Positions 11,272 through 25,242 are shown, numbered from the stretch's first letter. The stretch: DNA of 64,000 nucleotides from Escherichia coli 042 (GCF_000027125.1 NC_017626.1), one strand, 5' to 3'. Translations and numbers: made by a program. The notes: generated by a model from the letters alone, not told the origin.

Positions 11272-11435
11272 ATATATGAATATATTAATAATGAACAGTT
11301 GGGAAAATTAAATCCTCCGGAAAATTTACGTATAGCAATAGAAAAATATGGATGGAATAATTGAACTATTACTGCATAAAATAATGTGATGCCGGGATGT
11401 TTTTGTATTTCCCGGCATCTTTATAGCGATATCAA

Positions 11436-12440
11436 TTATTTACTGAGCGTCGCGACCATCACCGCTTTGATGGTATGCATGCGGTTTTCCGCCTGATCAA
11501 AAACAATGCTGGCGGCAGATTCGAAGACCTCATCAGTCACTTCCATTCCGCCATGTAGGCCAAACTCTTCCGCCATTTTCTTGCCAAGCGTCGTTTGGTC
11601 GTCATGAAACGCGGGCAGGCAGTGGAGGAATTTGACCTCCGGGTTACCAGTCAACTGCATCATCTTGCTGTTCACCTGATAATCACGCAGCAATGCAATG
11701 CGTTCAGCCCATTTTTCTTTTGCTTCACCCATCGACACCCATACATCGGTATAGATAAAGTCAGCACCTTCAACTCCTTTAGCTATATCTTCCGTCAGCG
11801 TAATATTCCCGCCATTTTGTTGTGCCAGGGCGCGGCATTCCGTAACCAGCGCAGCTTCTGGCCAGCACGCCTGTGGCGCGACCAGACGCAAATCCAGACC
11901 GGTAAGCGCTGCAGCTTCGAGCATCGAATTGCCCATGTTGTTACGTGCGTCACCTGCATAGACCAGCGTCATTTCGTTGAACGCTTTGCCGGGCAAATGC
12001 TCCTGCATGGTGAGGAGATCCGCCAGCAGCTGCGTTGGGTGAAACTCATTGGTCAGGCCGTTCCATACCGGCACGCCAGCGTATTCCGCCAGTGTTTCGA
12101 TAATCTCCTGACCATAGCCGCGATACTGAATACCGTCATACATGCGACCAAGCACGCGGGCAGTGTCTTTAATCGACTCTTTATGACCAATTTGGCTGCC
12201 GCTTGGACCGAGATAAGTAACGCGAGCACCCTGGTCATATGCGGCAACTTCGAAAGAGCATCGGGTACGAGTCGAGTCTTTTTCGAAGATGAGCGCGATG
12301 TTTTTACCAGTGAGTTTGGCTTCTTCTTTACCGCTTTTCTTATCGGCTTTCAGCTTCGCGGCTAACTGCAGCAGGCTGTTGAGTTCAGCTGGCGTGAAAT
12401 CGAGTAATTTCAGGAAATGCTTATGATAAAACCCGGACAT
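11436..12440 (-). CDS. argI: Ornithine carbamoyltransferase
   Basis: 334-aa [27 protein letters not shown]... with the STRTR and HCLP motifs. Confidence 0.97.
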   Translation of the reverse strand: MSGFYHKHFLKLLDFTPAELNSLLQLAAKLKADKKSGKEEAKLTGKNIALIFEKDSTRTRCSFEVAAYDQGARVTYLGPSGSQIGHKESIKDTARVLGRMYDGIQYRGYGQEIIETLAEYAGVPVWNGLTNEFHPTQLLADLLTMQEHLPGKAFNEMTLVYAGDARNNMGNSMLEAAALTGLDLRLVAPQACWPEAALVTECRALAQQNGGNITLTEDIAKGVEGADFIYTDVWVSMGEAKEKWAERIALLRDYQVNSKMMQLTGNPEVKFLHCLPAFHDDQTTLGKKMAEEFGLHGGMEVTDEVFESAASIVFDQAENRMHTIKAVMVATLSK

Positions 12441-12464
12441 AGATCCCTCCTGTGGCTAACGCCT

Positions 12465-12505
12465 CAATGAATTAAAATTCAATTTATATGGATGATTATT
12501 CATTT
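12465..12505 (-). promoter_or_regulatory. Tandem ARG boxes (ArgR operator) in the argI promoter
   Basis: AATGAATTAAAATTCAAT and ATGGATGATTATTCAT lie just upstream of the argI start and resemble the TNTGAATWWWWATTCANW consensus. Confidence 0.65.
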
Positions 12506-12601
12506 GCAAGTCTAAAGCATAAATCTTTGTCACAAAGGTGGAGGCAATGTCAGTGGTGTGTGACAATAAGAGTATCGGCAGGACATTAAGAGGAATGAGC
12601 C

Positions 12602-13018
12602 ATGGCAAACCCGGAACAACTGGAAGAACAGCGTGAAGAAACACGTTTGATTATTGAAGAATTACTGGAAGATGGCAGCGATCCGGACGCGCTGTACACC
12701 ATCGAACACCATCTTTCCGCAGACGATCTGGAAACTCTGGAAAAAGCGGCAGTTGAAGCGTTTAAACTCGGTTACGAAGTGACCGATCCAGAAGAGCTGG
12801 AAGTTGAAGATGGTGACATCGTGATTTGCTGCGACATCCTCAGCGAGTGCGCATTGAATGCCGATCTGATCGATGCCCAGGTTGAACAACTGATGACGCT
12901 GGCGGAGAAATTTGACGTTGAGTACGACGGTTGGGGCACTTACTTTGAAGATCCTAATGGCGAAGATGGCGACGATGAAGATTTTGTCGATGAAGACGAT
13001 GATGGGGTTCGCCACTAA
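12602..13018 (+). CDS. rraB: RNase E regulator RraB (acidic protein)
   Basis: 138-aa [32 protein letters not shown]... Confidence 0.95.
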
Positions 13019-13063
13019 TTAATTGATTAAAATGCCCGATAGCACATACTAGCGGGCATTTTT

Positions 13064-13567
13064 TTAGAGTTCGCGTAGCATCCGCACTTCACAATCGACA
13101 TGGCCCGTGCAGCCAAGCGCATAGTCGATATGCTCAAAGCCCAAATGCTCATAAAGCGCAATGGCTTCCTTTAAAAAAGCGGTCGTTTCCAGATAGCAGC
13201 GTTTGAAACCCATCTCTCGCGCCTGCTCCATCGCCATTAAGGCCAGTTTTTTTGCCAGCCCTTTGCCGCGGATAGCCGGAAGAAAATACATCTTTTGCAG
13301 TTCGCAAATGTCCGACTCACTCCCGGTTAATGGCGCTATCCCACCGCCGCCGACCACTTCACCCTCGTACTCAACGACCCAATATGCATGGCCAGGCTGA
13401 CTATACACTTGATACAGCTCGTCAAGATTCGGATCGGCGACGGTGTAGCCTTTATCAGCGGTAAGACCGTATTCGGCGGATACCTGACGAATGACGCGGG
13501 CGATAGCAGGATTATCCTGCAGTGTCAGGCGACGCATTACAGGTGATTGCGGCGCAATGTTATTCAT
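13064..13567 (-). CDS. yjgM: GNAT-family N-acetyltransferase
   Basis: 167-aa ORF with the acetyl-CoA motif RGKGLAKKL, in the K-12 syntenic position. Confidence 0.9.
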   Translation of the reverse strand: MNNIAPQSPVMRRLTLQDNPAIARVIRQVSAEYGLTADKGYTVADPNLDELYQVYSQPGHAYWVVEYEGEVVGGGGIAPLTGSESDICELQKMYFLPAIRGKGLAKKLALMAMEQAREMGFKRCYLETTAFLKEAIALYEHLGFEHIDYALGCTGHVDCEVRMLREL

Positions 13568-13759
13568 AGTTTAACCCAATAAAAATAAAGTAATTATACA
13601 TTTGTTTAATACCACTCTCTTCTTACGTGCGCAAGCGTCTTATAAAGAAATAAAGTTTTTGCCAGCCTATTACTGATAAGAGTATTGTAACGTGGCAGAA
13701 CATTTTACTGTCTGTATCTATAAATTATATCAATGGATTTTTTAATTCAGGGAATTTTT

Positions 13760-14956
13760 ATGGCTCAAGTTATTAATGAAATGGATGTTCCGTCCCATTC
13801 GTTTGTTTTTCATGGTACAGGTGAGAGATATTTTCTTATTTGTGTGGTGAATGTGTTGTTAACGATTATAACGCTAGGTATCTATTTACCATGGGCATTA
13901 ATGAAATGTAAGCGTTATCTTTATGCTAATATGGAAGTTAACGGACAACGATTTTCTTATGGAATTACCGGTGGGAATGTTTTTGTTAGTTGTCTTGTTT
14001 TTGTTTTTTTCTATTTCGCAATCTTAATGACAGTGTCAGCAGATATGCCGCTTGTTGGTTGTGTTTTGACTTTGTTACTGTTGGTTTTGCTTATATTTAT
14101 GGCAGCAAAAGGACTGCGTCATCAGGCCTTAATGACCAGTCTCAACGGCGTAAGATTTAGTTTTAATTGCTCTATGAAAGGGTTCTGGTGGGTGACCTTT
14201 TTCTTGCCGATTTTAATGGCCGTTGGGATGGGGACTGTTTTCTTTATCTCGACAAAGATGCTACCTGCCAATAGTTCAAGTAGTGTTATTATATCCATGG
14301 TTCTGATGGCAATAGTTGGTATTGTTTCCATTGGTATTTTTAATGGTACTTTATATAGTCTGGTAATGAGTTTTCTCTGGAGCAATACCAGTTTCGGTAT
14401 CCATCGTTTCAAGGTGAAATTAGATACTACGTATTGTATCAAATATGCCATTCTCGCATTTTTAGCTTTATTGCCTTTTCTCGCTGTTGCTGGTTATATT
14501 ATCTTCGATCAAATATTAAATGCGTATGATAGTTCTGTGTATGCAAATGATGATATTGAGAATTTACAGCAATTTATGGAAATGCAACGTAAAATGATAA
14601 TCGCGCAGTTAATCTATTATTTTGGGATTGCTGTTAGCACCAGTTATTTAACGGTGTCGTTGCGAAATCATTTTATGAGCAACCTGTCACTGAATGATGG
14701 GCGTATTCGTTTTCGCTCAACTTTAACGTACCACGGTATGCTTTATCGCATGTGTGCGTTGGTGGTGATATCCGGGATTACGGGCGGTCTGGCTTATCCA
14801 CTGCTGAAAATATGGATGATTGACTGGCAGGCAAAAAATACGTATTTGCTGGGCGATTTGGATGACCTTCCTTTAATCAATAAAGAAGAACAACCAGATA
14901 AAGGCTTCTTAGCCAGGATTTCACGGGGAATTATGCCTTCTTTACCATTTCTGTAA
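13760..14956 (+). CDS. yjgN: Inner-membrane protein, DUF898 family
   Basis: Internal Met of track ORF 13733..14956 gives MAQVINEMDVPSHSFVFHGTGERYF. The protein is multi-pass hydrophobic. Confidence 0.85.
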   Translation: MAQVINEMDVPSHSFVFHGTGERYFLICVVNVLLTIITLGIYLPWALMKCKRYLYANMEVNGQRFSYGITGGNVFVSCLVFVFFYFAILMTVSADMPLVGCVLTLLLLVLLIFMAAKGLRHQALMTSLNGVRFSFNCSMKGFWWVTFFLPILMAVGMGTVFFISTKMLPANSSSSVIISMVLMAIVGIVSIGIFNGTLYSLVMSFLWSNTSFGIHRFKVKLDTTYCIKYAILAFLALLPFLAVAGYIIFDQILNAYDSSVYANDDIENLQQFMEMQRKMIIAQLIYYFGIAVSTSYLTVSLRNHFMSNLSLNDGRIRFRSTLTYHGMLYRMCALVVISGITGGLAYPLLKIWMIDWQAKNTYLLGDLDDLPLINKEEQPDKGFLARISRGIMPSLPFL

Positions 14957-14967
14957 GAGATAAAAAA

Positions 14968-14987
14968 GGCCGGAGCATGCTCCGGCC
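14968..14987. terminator. Bidirectional hairpin between yjgN and valS
   Basis: Perfect palindrome GGCCGGAGC-AT-GCTCCGGCC, flanked by an A-run and a T-run. Confidence 0.7.
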
Positions 14988-15011
14988 TTCGTTTTCATTA
15001 CTGTGTTTTGA

Positions 15012-17867
15012 TTACAGCGCGGCGATAACAGCCTGCTGTTCAATCAGCTTCGCTTTCGCTTCTGCATAGCCTTCCAGCTTTTCACGCTCTTTCGCGATGA
15101 CCGCTTCCGGTGCGCGGGCGACAAAGCCTTCATTCGCCAGCTTGTTCTCGATACGGCTGATTTCACCTTCAATCTTCGCCACTTCTTTCGCCAGACGCGC
15201 CAGCTCATCTTCTTTGTTGATGAGGCCAGCCATCGGGATCAGCAGCTCTGCACCGTCGATGATCTTAGTAACGGAAACCGGACCTTTGTCATCGGCAGGC
15301 AGCACGGTGATACTTTCCAGACGCGCCAGCGTTTGCAGGAAGCCACGGTTTTCATTTACGCGACGTTCTGCATCCGCGCTGCAACCACGCAGTAGCAGCT
15401 CCAGCGGTTTGCCCGGCGCGATGTTCATTTCTGCACGGATGTTACGTACCGCAACGATCGCCTGCTTCAGCCACTCTGTGTCGGCCAATGCGGCTTCATC
15501 AACCTGAGATGCATCGTACTGCGGGAACGGCTGCAGCATGATGGTGTCGGCAGTGATACCGCAAAGTACTTTCACACGTTGCCAGATGGTTTCGGTGATG
15601 AACGGAATGATCGGATGCGCGAGGCGCAGCAGACCTTCCAGCACGGTCACCAGCGTATGGCGAGTACCGCGCAGTTCGGCTTCGGTGCCACCGTTCATTA
15701 CCGGCTTAGTCAGCTCGAGATACCAGTCACAGAACTGGTTCCAGGTGAACTCATACAGAATGCCTGCGGCGATATCGAAGCGGAAGCTGTCCAGCGCTTC
15801 GCGGTACGCTTTGATGGTCTGGTTGAACTCCGCCAGAATCCAGCGGTCCGCCAGCGACAGCGTCATTTCGCCGCCGTTGAAGCCGCAATCCTGACCTTCT
15901 GTGTTCATCAGCACAAAGCGGCTGGCGTTCCACAGCTTGTTACAGAAGTTACGGTAACCTTCCAGGCGCTTCATATCCCAGTTGATGTCACGACCGGTAG
16001 ACGCCAGCGCCGCCAGGGTGAAGCGCAGGGCATCGGTACCGTGCGGCTCAATGCCGTTCGGGAACTGTTTCTCGGTGCGCTTACGGATTTTGTCCGCCAG
16101 CTGCGGCTGCATCATATTGCCGGTACGTTTTTCCAGCAGTTCTGGCAGCGAAATACCGTCAACCATATCCAGCGGGTCGATAACGTTACCCTTGGATTTG
16201 GACATCTTCTGGCCTTCGTCGTCACGAATCAGACCGGTCATGTAAACAGTGTGGAACGGCACCTGCGGTTTGCCATTTTCATCTTTGATGAAGTGCATGG
16301 TCATCATGATCATGCGGGCAATCCAGAAGAAGATGATGTCGAAACCAGATACCATCACGCTGGTTGGGTGGAACTGACGCAGGGCGTCGGTATTTTCCGG
16401 CCAGCCAAGGGTAGAGAAGGTCCACAGCGCAGAAGAGAACCAGGTATCGAGAACGTCTTCGTCCTGACGCAGGACAACATCAGCACCGAGGTTATTTTCT
16501 TTACGCACTTCGTCTTCGTTGCGGCCAACATAAACGTTACCCGCTTCGTCATACCATGCCGGGATACGGTGACCCCACCACAACTGACGAGAGATACACC
16601 AGTCCTGAATATCGCGCATCCAGGAGAAGTACATGTTTTCGTACTGCTTCGGTACGAACTGAATGTCGCCGTTCTCAACCGCTTCAACCGCCGGTTTCGC
16701 CAGGACATCGGCACGCACGTACCACTGGTCGGTCAGCATTGGTTCGATAACTACGCCGCCACGGTCGCCGTAAGGAACGGTCAGGTCGTGCGGTTTAATT
16801 TCTTCCAGCAGGCCGAGTGCGTCAACCGCAGCAACGACTGCTTTACGTGCGGCAAAACGCTCCAGTTTCTGGAATTCTGCCGGGATCTCGCTGGAATAAA
16901 CGTCAGATTCGTTACCTTTGGTATCGAACACCTGGGCGCTTTCACGGATATCGCCGTCAAAGGTCAGGATGTTGATCATCGGCAGGGCGTGACGTTTACC
17001 GACTTCATAGTCGTTAAAGTCGTGCGCCGGGGTGATCTTCACGCAGCCGGTGCCTTTTTCCATGTCGGCGTGTTCGTCGCCAACGATCGGAATACGACGG
17101 TTAACCAGCGGTAGAATGACATATTTGCCAATCAGGTCTTTGTAACGCGGATCTTCCGGGTTAACGGCTACACCGGTATCGCCCAGCAGGGTTTCCGGAC
17201 GGGTAGTCGCAACCACCAGGTAATCTTTACCGTCTGCGGTTTTCGCACCGTCAGCCAGCGGATAGCGGATGTGCCACATCGAACCTTTCGATTCGCGGTT
17301 TTCCACTTCCAGGTCAGAGATAGCGGTGCGCAGTTTCGGGTCCCAGTTTACCAGGCGTTTGCCACGGTAAATCAGGTCTTCTTTATACAGACGAACGAAA
17401 ACTTCTTTCACCGCATTGGACAGGCCTTCGTCCATCGTGAAGCGTTCACGCTCCCAGTCGACGGAGTTGCCGAGACGGCGCATCTGACGGGTAATCGTGC
17501 CGCCGGATTCCGCTTTCCATTCCCAGATTTTGTCGATGAAAGCTTCGCGGCCGTAGTCGTGACGGGTTTTACCTTCTTCTGCGGCAATCTTGCGCTCAAC
17601 GACCATCTGGGTAGCGATCCCGGCGTGGTCAGTACCGACCTGCCACAGGGTGTTTTTGCCCTGCATGCGCTGATAGCGGATCATGGTATCCATGATGGTT
17701 TGCTGGAAGGCGTGACCCATATGCAAACTGCCGGTGACGTTCGGCGGCGGGATCATGATGCAGAAACTTTCCTGGCTTTCATCGCCATTAGGCTTAAAGT
17801 AGCCCTGCTTTTCCCAGTGCTCGTAAAGCGGCTGTTCGATATCTTGTGGGTTATATGTCTTTTCCAT
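15012..17867 (-). CDS. valS: Valine--tRNA ligase
   Basis: 951-aa ORF with the HMGH and KMSKS motifs. Confidence 0.98.
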   Translation of the reverse strand: MEKTYNPQDIEQPLYEHWEKQGYFKPNGDESQESFCIMIPPPNVTGSLHMGHAFQQTIMDTMIRYQRMQGKNTLWQVGTDHAGIATQMVVERKIAAEEGKTRHDYGREAFIDKIWEWKAESGGTITRQMRRLGNSVDWERERFTMDEGLSNAVKEVFVRLYKEDLIYRGKRLVNWDPKLRTAISDLEVENRESKGSMWHIRYPLADGAKTADGKDYLVVATTRPETLLGDTGVAVNPEDPRYKDLIGKYVILPLVNRRIPIVGDEHADMEKGTGCVKITPAHDFNDYEVGKRHALPMINILTFDGDIRESAQVFDTKGNESDVYSSEIPAEFQKLERFAARKAVVAAVDALGLLEEIKPHDLTVPYGDRGGVVIEPMLTDQWYVRADVLAKPAVEAVENGDIQFVPKQYENMYFSWMRDIQDWCISRQLWWGHRIPAWYDEAGNVYVGRNEDEVRKENNLGADVVLRQDEDVLDTWFSSALWTFSTLGWPENTDALRQFHPTSVMVSGFDIIFFWIARMIMMTMHFIKDENGKPQVPFHTVYMTGLIRDDEGQKMSKSKGNVIDPLDMVDGISLPELLEKRTGNMMQPQLADKIRKRTEKQFPNGIEPHGTDALRFTLAALASTGRDINWDMKRLEGYRNFCNKLWNASRFVLMNTEGQDCGFNGGEMTLSLADRWILAEFNQTIKAYREALDSFRFDIAAGILYEFTWNQFCDWYLELTKPVMNGGTEAELRGTRHTLVTVLEGLLRLAHPIIPFITETIWQRVKVLCGITADTIMLQPFPQYDASQVDEAALADTEWLKQAIVAVRNIRAEMNIAPGKPLELLLRGCSADAERRVNENRGFLQTLARLESITVLPADDKGPVSVTKIIDGAELLIPMAGLINKEDELARLAKEVAKIEGEISRIENKLANEGFVARAPEAVIAKEREKLEGYAEAKAKLIEQQAVIAAL

Positions 17868-18310
17868 TATTTCCAGGTTGCCGTATTCAGGTTGAAACCA
17901 GCCACGCGGTAGGCTTTATAGCGTTCGCGCGCCAGTTGTTTCAGAGAATCTTCATAAGGAACGAAGTCTACCACTTCTGTGAAAGCGGTGGCAAAATCTG
18001 CAAAGCTTGTTCGCAGACTAATCAATATATCGCGCGGGCTGCTGCTGCGTTTTTGCGGCCAGGCGATCTCCACCGGCGCACCGCCGCGCGGTCCTTCTCC
18101 CGCTAAATTATGCGGAACAAAGCTTTCTGCCGGACGCGCCCACAGGGCTTCATCCAGCCGGTAAGCCTGCTTTTCATCTTCACAGGCGATGAGTACGCGC
18201 TTACCGCTGCGCCAACGTTCTGCGGCAATTTCACACACCAGTTGCTCAACGGCGCTTAAGCCATCGACGGTGGTGTCATTGTCCAGAAGGTAGAACGTCG
18301 CGTTTTTCAT
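17867..18310 (-). CDS. holC: DNA polymerase III chi subunit
   Basis: 147-aa [52 protein letters not shown]. Its stop overlaps the valS start by 1 nt. Confidence 0.95.
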   Translation of the reverse strand: MKNATFYLLDNDTTVDGLSAVEQLVCEIAAERWRSGKRVLIACEDEKQAYRLDEALWARPAESFVPHNLAGEGPRGGAPVEIAWPQKRSSSPRDILISLRTSFADFATAFTEVVDFVPYEDSLKQLARERYKAYRVAGFNLNTATWK

Positions 18311-18340
18311 ATCTGGGGCTTCTTGTGGTGGATTTAAATA

Positions 18341-18446
<106 letters not shown>

Positions 18447-18469
18447 AATAACAGCCTTGCCTGACGCAA

Positions 18470-19984
<1,515 letters not shown>

Positions 19985-20247
19985 CTACGCTCCTGAATCT
20001 TAAAGACAACGGCGGTGGCTACAGATAGAATTGCAAGCTTTCGTAACTCATGTCCGCTGTTGCGATGACTTCGTGTTAATCTTAACGTTATTACGGCATT
20101 GGCACGTCAGAACAAAATCTGAGAGGTGAATCCGTTGAGTATAATTATCTTAGCGACGATTTCGACGACTCAAGAGAATAAATGACGTTTAAGCCATGAA
20201 ACAAGCTAAAATCCTGCAAAAGACGAGTTTTTACGGGCGTATTTAAA

Positions 20248-21348
20248 GTGATAATCATAAGATATCTGGTGCGGGAGACGCTCAAAAGCCAGCTGGCGAT
20301 ACTCTTCATCTTGCTTTTGATCTTCTTCTGTCAAAAGTTAGTGAGGATCCTCGGCGCAGCGGTTGACGGCGATATTCCGGCGAATCTGGTGCTCTCCCTT
20401 CTCGGGTTGGGCGTGCCGGAAATGGCGCAGCTTATCCTGCCATTAAGCCTGTTCCTCGGGCTGCTGATGACGCTGGGCAAACTGTATACCGAAAGTGAAA
20501 TTACGGTAATGCATGCCTGCGGCCTGAGCAAAGCGGTTCTGGTGAAAGCGGCAATGATCCTTGCGGTATTCACGGCAATCGTCGCGGCGGTTAACGTGAT
20601 GTGGGCGGGACCGTGGTCATCGCGTCATCAGGATGAAGTGTTAGCAGAAGCGAAAGCGAACCCTGGCATGGCGGCGCTGGCGCAAGGGCAATTCCAGCAA
20701 GCGACTAATGGCAGCTCGGTGCTGTTCATCGAAAGCGTTGACGGCAGCGATTTCAAAGATGTGTTCCTCGCGCAAATTCGACCAAAAGGTAATGCACGTC
20801 CTTCTGTGGTGGTGGCCGATTCCGGACATTTAACCCAGCTGCGCGACGGCTCCCAGGTCGTCACTCTCAACCAGGGAACGCGCTTCGAAGGCACTGCACT
20901 GTTACGTGATTTCCGCATTACGGATTTCCAGGATTATCAGGCGATCATTGGTCACCAGGCGGTGGTGCTCGACCCGAACGATACCGACCAGATGGACATG
21001 CGCACATTGTGGAACACTGACACCGATCGTGCTCGCGCAGAACTGAACTGGCGTATCACGTTGGTATTCACCGTGTTTATGATGGCACTTATGGTCGTAC
21101 CGCTGAGCGTGGTTAACCCACGTCAGGGACGCGTACTGTCGATGCTGCCAGCCATGCTGCTGTATCTACTTTTCTTCCTGATCCAGACCTCCCTGAAATC
21201 GAACGGCGGTAAAGGTAAGCTAGACCCGACGCTGTGGATGTGGACCGTTAACCTGATTTATCTGGCTTTGGCGATTGTTCTCAACCTTTGGGACACCGTG
21301 CCGGTCCGCCGCCTGCGCGCCAGTTTTTCGCGTAAAGGAGCGGTGTGA
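20248..21348 (+). CDS. lptF: LPS export ABC transporter permease LptF
   Basis: 366-aa ORF (GTG start) MIIIRYLVRETLKSQLAILF... Confidence 0.95.
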   Translation: MIIIRYLVRETLKSQLAILFILLLIFFCQKLVRILGAAVDGDIPANLVLSLLGLGVPEMAQLILPLSLFLGLLMTLGKLYTESEITVMHACGLSKAVLVKAAMILAVFTAIVAAVNVMWAGPWSSRHQDEVLAEAKANPGMAALAQGQFQQATNGSSVLFIESVDGSDFKDVFLAQIRPKGNARPSVVVADSGHLTQLRDGSQVVTLNQGTRFEGTALLRDFRITDFQDYQAIIGHQAVVLDPNDTDQMDMRTLWNTDTDRARAELNWRITLVFTVFMMALMVVPLSVVNPRQGRVLSMLPAMLLYLLFFLIQTSLKSNGGKGKLDPTLWMWTVNLIYLALAIVLNLWDTVPVRRLRASFSRKGAV

Positions 21349-22430
21349 TGCAACCTTTTGGCGTACTTGACCGCTATATCGGTAAAACTATTTTCACCAC
21401 CATCATGATGACACTGTTCATGCTGGTGTCGCTGTCGGGCATTATCAAATTTGTCGATCAGTTGAAAAAAGCCGGGCAGGGGAGTTACGACGCGTTAGGC
21501 GCAGGAATGTATACCTTGCTGAGCGTGCCGAAAGATGTGCAGATCTTCTTCCCGATGGCGGCTCTGCTTGGGGCGTTGCTTGGTCTTGGGATGCTGGCGC
21601 AGCGCAGCGAACTGGTGGTGATGCAGGCTTCTGGTTTTACCCGTATGCAGGTGGCGCTGTCGGTGATGAAAACCGCCATTCCGCTGGTCTTACTGACGAT
21701 GGCGATTGGTGAATGGGTCGCGCCGCAGGGCGAGCAGATGGCGCGTAACTACCGTGCGCAGGCGATGTACGGCGGCTCGTTGCTCTCTACCCAGCAAGGT
21801 TTATGGGCGAAAGATGGCAACAACTTCGTCTACATTGAGCGGGTTAAAGGTGACGAAGAGTTAGGTGGCATCAGTATTTATGCCTTTAACGAGAATCGTC
21901 GTCTGCAATCCGTACGCTATGCCGCTACCGCGAAGTTTGACCCGGAACATAAAGTCTGGCGTCTGTCGCAGGTTGATGAATCTGATCTGACCAATCCGAA
22001 ACAGATCACCGGTTCGCAGACGGTGAGCGGCACCTGGAAAACCAACCTCACGCCGGACAAACTGGGCGTGGTGGCGCTGGACCCGGATGCACTCTCCATC
22101 AGTGGTTTGCACAACTACGTGAAGTATCTGAAGTCGAGCGGTCAGGATGCCGGGCGTTATCAGCTCAACATGTGGAGCAAAATCTTCCAGCCGCTATCCG
22201 TGGCGGTGATGATGCTGATGGCGCTGTCGTTCATCTTTGGCCCACTGCGTAGCGTACCGATGGGTGTGCGTGTGGTCACCGGTATTAGCTTCGGTTTTGT
22301 CTTCTACGTACTGGACCAGATCTTCGGCCCGCTGACGTTGGTTTATGGCATCCCGCCGATCATCGGCGCACTGTTGCCAAGCGCTAGCTTCTTCTTAATC
22401 AGCCTGTGGCTGTTAATGAGAAAATCGTAA
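21348..22430 (+). CDS. lptG: LPS export ABC transporter permease LptG
   Basis: The ATG overlaps the lptF TGA stop (GTGATG). The product starts MQPFGVLDRYIGKTIFTTIMM... Confidence 0.95.
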   Translation: MQPFGVLDRYIGKTIFTTIMMTLFMLVSLSGIIKFVDQLKKAGQGSYDALGAGMYTLLSVPKDVQIFFPMAALLGALLGLGMLAQRSELVVMQASGFTRMQVALSVMKTAIPLVLLTMAIGEWVAPQGEQMARNYRAQAMYGGSLLSTQQGLWAKDGNNFVYIERVKGDEELGGISIYAFNENRRLQSVRYAATAKFDPEHKVWRLSQVDESDLTNPKQITGSQTVSGTWKTNLTPDKLGVVALDPDALSISGLHNYVKYLKSSGQDAGRYQLNMWSKIFQPLSVAVMMLMALSFIFGPLRSVPMGVRVVTGISFGFVFYVLDQIFGPLTLVYGIPPIIGALLPSASFFLISLWLLMRKS

Positions 22431-22444
22431 CCGAATGAACGAAT

Positions 22445-22470
22445 AAAGGGAGCGAAAGCTCCCTTTATTA
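22445..22470 (+). terminator. Rho-independent terminator after lptG
   Basis: AAAGGGAGC-GAAA-GCTCCCTTT followed by a T-rich stretch. Confidence 0.6.
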
Positions 22471-22590
22471 TTGTTAGCATAGTGTGCTTCGTTCATTTAT
22501 GAAAAATCATTAAAATTCAATATATTGCAGTGGTGTGGGCATAATAAGACGCGCCAGCGTCGCATCAGGCAAAGACAAATCGCACCTGGC

Positions 22591-24093
22591 TTACCTTTTT
22601 CTCCCCCCCAGCAAACTCCCCAACATTCCACGCACAATCTGATTCGTCACCTGGCGGGCGGCGCTTTTCGCCATTGTTTGCACAACACCATCTTTCTTCC
22701 CGCCGCGTGGTCCGGTAGTGCCGAACAAAATATCCTTCAATCCACCAAGAATGCCGTCATCTACCGCTACCTCTTTCCCTTTCGCGGGGGGATTATTTTG
22801 CTGCTCGGTGCTTGCCTGTACGCCTTTTTGCAACATCTCATAGGCGGATTCCCGGTCCACGTCATCCTCGTACTTGCCATACACCGGAGAGTGATTAATC
22901 AAGCCATTACGCTCATCTTCCGTCACCGGTCCCATCCGCGAACAAGGCGCAATCACCATCGCCCGTTCCACCACAGAAGGACTTCCTTTTGCATCGAGAA
23001 ACGAGATTAACGCCTCGCCGGTCCCCAGTTCCTGGATTGCCTTTTCCGTATCAAATGCAGGGGTGGGGCGCATGGTTTGCGCCGCAGCTTTTACCGCTTT
23101 CTGATCTTTGGGCGTAAAAGCACGCAAAGCGTGTTGAACGCGATTACCGAGCTGGCCGAGCACATTATCTGGAATATCAGACGGGTTTTGCGAAACGAAC
23201 CAGACGCCCACGCCTTTTGAGCGAATAAGCCTTATCACCTGCTCAATCTTATCCAGCAGTACCTGCGGGGCATCGTTAAATAGCAGATGTGCCTCGTCGA
23301 AGAAAAACACCAGTTTTGGTTTCTCCAGATCGCCCGCTTCCGGCAATTGTGCATACAACTCTGAAAGCATCCACAGCAGGCTGGCGGCGTACAGTTTCGG
23401 CATCTGATAAAGCTTCTCGGCGCTGAGGATATTGATAACGCCTTTACCGTTGGCATCGGTGCGCATCCAGTCTTTGATATCCAGCATCGGCTCACCAAAG
23501 AAGTGTGCTGCGCCTTGCTGTTCCAGCGACAACAGCCCGCGCTGGATGGCACCAACCGATGCGCTACTGATATTTCCGTACTGATTCTGGAAGGATTTGG
23601 CGTTATCGCCGATGTACTGGGTAATTGCCCGCAGATCTTTAAAGTCGAGCAGTAACAGCCCCTGATCGTCAGCAATGCGGAAAATGATATCCAGCACGCC
23701 AGATTGCACATCGTTGAGATTCAACAGTCGCGCCAGCAACAGCGGTCCCAGATCCGAAACCGTCGCCCGCACCGGATGGCCTTTCTCGCCAAAGATATCC
23801 CACACCACCACCGGATTGGCATGCGGTTGCCAATCATTGACGCCGATATTTTTAAGCCTTGCGAGCAGTTTTTCCGACGCCGTTCCTGCCTGCGCGATAC
23901 CGGTCAGATCGCCTTTCACATCAGCCATAAACACCGGCACGCCGATTTCCGACAATGACTCTGCCAGTTTTTGCAGCGTAACGGTTTTACCCGTCCCCGT
24001 TGCGCCGGTAATCAGCCCGTGACGGTTCGCCATTCCCGGCAGTAAAAACAGTTCTGTGTCCGGCGTGCGGGCAATTAACAGGGGTTCGCTCAT
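22591..24093 (-). CDS. yjgR: P-loop ATPase, DUF853 (HerA/FtsK-like)
   Basis: Internal Met of track ORF 22591..24141 gives [18 protein letters not shown]... Walker A motif GATGTGKT is present. Confidence 0.9.
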   Translation of the reverse strand: MSEPLLIARTPDTELFLLPGMANRHGLITGATGTGKTVTLQKLAESLSEIGVPVFMADVKGDLTGIAQAGTASEKLLARLKNIGVNDWQPHANPVVVWDIFGEKGHPVRATVSDLGPLLLARLLNLNDVQSGVLDIIFRIADDQGLLLLDFKDLRAITQYIGDNAKSFQNQYGNISSASVGAIQRGLLSLEQQGAAHFFGEPMLDIKDWMRTDANGKGVINILSAEKLYQMPKLYAASLLWMLSELYAQLPEAGDLEKPKLVFFFDEAHLLFNDAPQVLLDKIEQVIRLIRSKGVGVWFVSQNPSDIPDNVLGQLGNRVQHALRAFTPKDQKAVKAAAQTMRPTPAFDTEKAIQELGTGEALISFLDAKGSPSVVERAMVIAPCSRMGPVTEDERNGLINHSPVYGKYEDDVDRESAYEMLQKGVQASTEQQNNPPAKGKEVAVDDGILGGLKDILFGTTGPRGGKKDGVVQTMAKSAARQVTNQIVRGMLGSLLGGRKR

Positions 24094-24222
24094 GAGATTT
24101 CCTCCAGTTTCCTGCCTGGAGTATAGGCAACGGCTGCGCACTCTTCACCGCTAAATTCAGCAGATTGCGAGACGCCTTCCAAAGAGATTTAAGTGCCGGG
24201 CGACAGGCACCCGGCAAAGAGA

Positions 24223-25242
24223 TCAGAAGTCAGCTTTCAGAACCACGCGGTAACGCGCCTTACCGTCGCGCACATGCTTGATGGCATCGTTAATTTTCGA
24301 CATCGGGAACAGTTCGGTGGTCGGCGCAACCTTGCTACGGGCGGCAAAGCGCATCAGCTTTCGCAGCTCATAAGGCGTGCCGGTAGCAGAACCAGAGATG
24401 CTGCGGTCGCCCGCAATTAACGTAAAGGCTGGAACAGACAGCGGCGTGAGAACCGCACCGACCGTATGGAAATTACCGCCATAGGTCAGCGCCTCAAAAT
24501 AAGGCGGCCAGTCGAGGCTGACGTTCACAGTATTGATAATGAGATCAAACTGCCCCGACAGGGCTTTCAGTGCCTGCGGATCGCGGCTATTCACCACTTT
24601 ATCGGCACCCATCGCCAGTACTTCCTGCTCTTTCTCCGGATTAGAACTAAAGGCCGTCACCTCGCATCCCATTGCGTGCAGAAGTTTTATAGCGATATGC
24701 CCCAGCCCGCCAATACCAATTACCCCAACGCGGCTGGTAGCAGTGATATGGTGCATCAACAGTGGTTTAAAGACCGTGATACCGCCGCACAACAGCGGCC
24801 CGGCGGACTCGATATCAATATTTTCTGGCAGTGGAATCACCCATTGCCAGTCCGCACGCAACTTCTCGGCAAAGCCACCGCGATTCATAATCGTCGGCAC
24901 AGCACCTTGCTCGCAGTTGATCTGATTACCGCTAATACAGGCGTCGCAGTGACCACAGCTACGCGCCGTCCAGCCAATCCCGACACGCTGACCGACCTGC
25001 AAACCTTTATCCTGCGCGGCGCTCCCGAGTGCCACCACGCGCCCAATCACTTCATGCCCGGCAACCAGCGGATATTGTGAAAATCCCCATTCGTTATCGA
25101 TCATCGACAGATCGGAATGGCAGATCCCGCAGTAATCCACCTGCACTTCAATATCTTGTGGCTTCAGCTCACCGGGATCGTACTCATAAACTTCCAGTTC
25201 GCCGCCCGCTTCTTTTGCGGCATAGCTTCTTATCATCGACAT
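24223..25242 (-). CDS. ahr: NADPH-dependent aldehyde reductase (Zn-dependent ADH family)
   Basis: Internal Met of track ORF 24223..25284 gives [26 protein letters not shown]... The GICHSD Zn motif is present. Confidence 0.92.
   Translation of the reverse strand: MSMIRSYAAKEAGGELEVYEYDPGELKPQDIEVQVDYCGICHSDLSMIDNEWGFSQYPLVAGHEVIGRVVALGSAAQDKGLQVGQRVGIGWTARSCGHCDACISGNQINCEQGAVPTIMNRGGFAEKLRADWQWVIPLPENIDIESAGPLLCGGITVFKPLLMHHITATSRVGVIGIGGLGHIAIKLLHAMGCEVTAFSSNPEKEQEVLAMGADKVVNSRDPQALKALSGQFDLIINTVNVSLDWPPYFEALTYGGNFHTVGAVLTPLSVPAFTLIAGDRSISGSATGTPYELRKLMRFAARSKVAPTTELFPMSKINDAIKHVRDGKARYRVVLKADF

Noticed and set aside
11595-12365. 256-aa ORF antisense to argI. Similar antisense ORFs lie in mgtA, pepA, yjgR (22525-23010, 23675-24022), ahr (24466-25080) and the BCCT gene (56025-56513).
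   Set aside because: All are nested in the opposite strand of genes with clear homology-type motifs. None has its own recognisable domain.
15579-17114. 511-aa plus-strand ORF, with neighbours at 15097-15507, 15538-15894 and 17271-17912, antisense to valS
   Set aside because: They lie entirely within the strongly conserved valS gene on the other strand. These are typical shadow ORFs of a GC-rich gene, with no independent motif or RBS.
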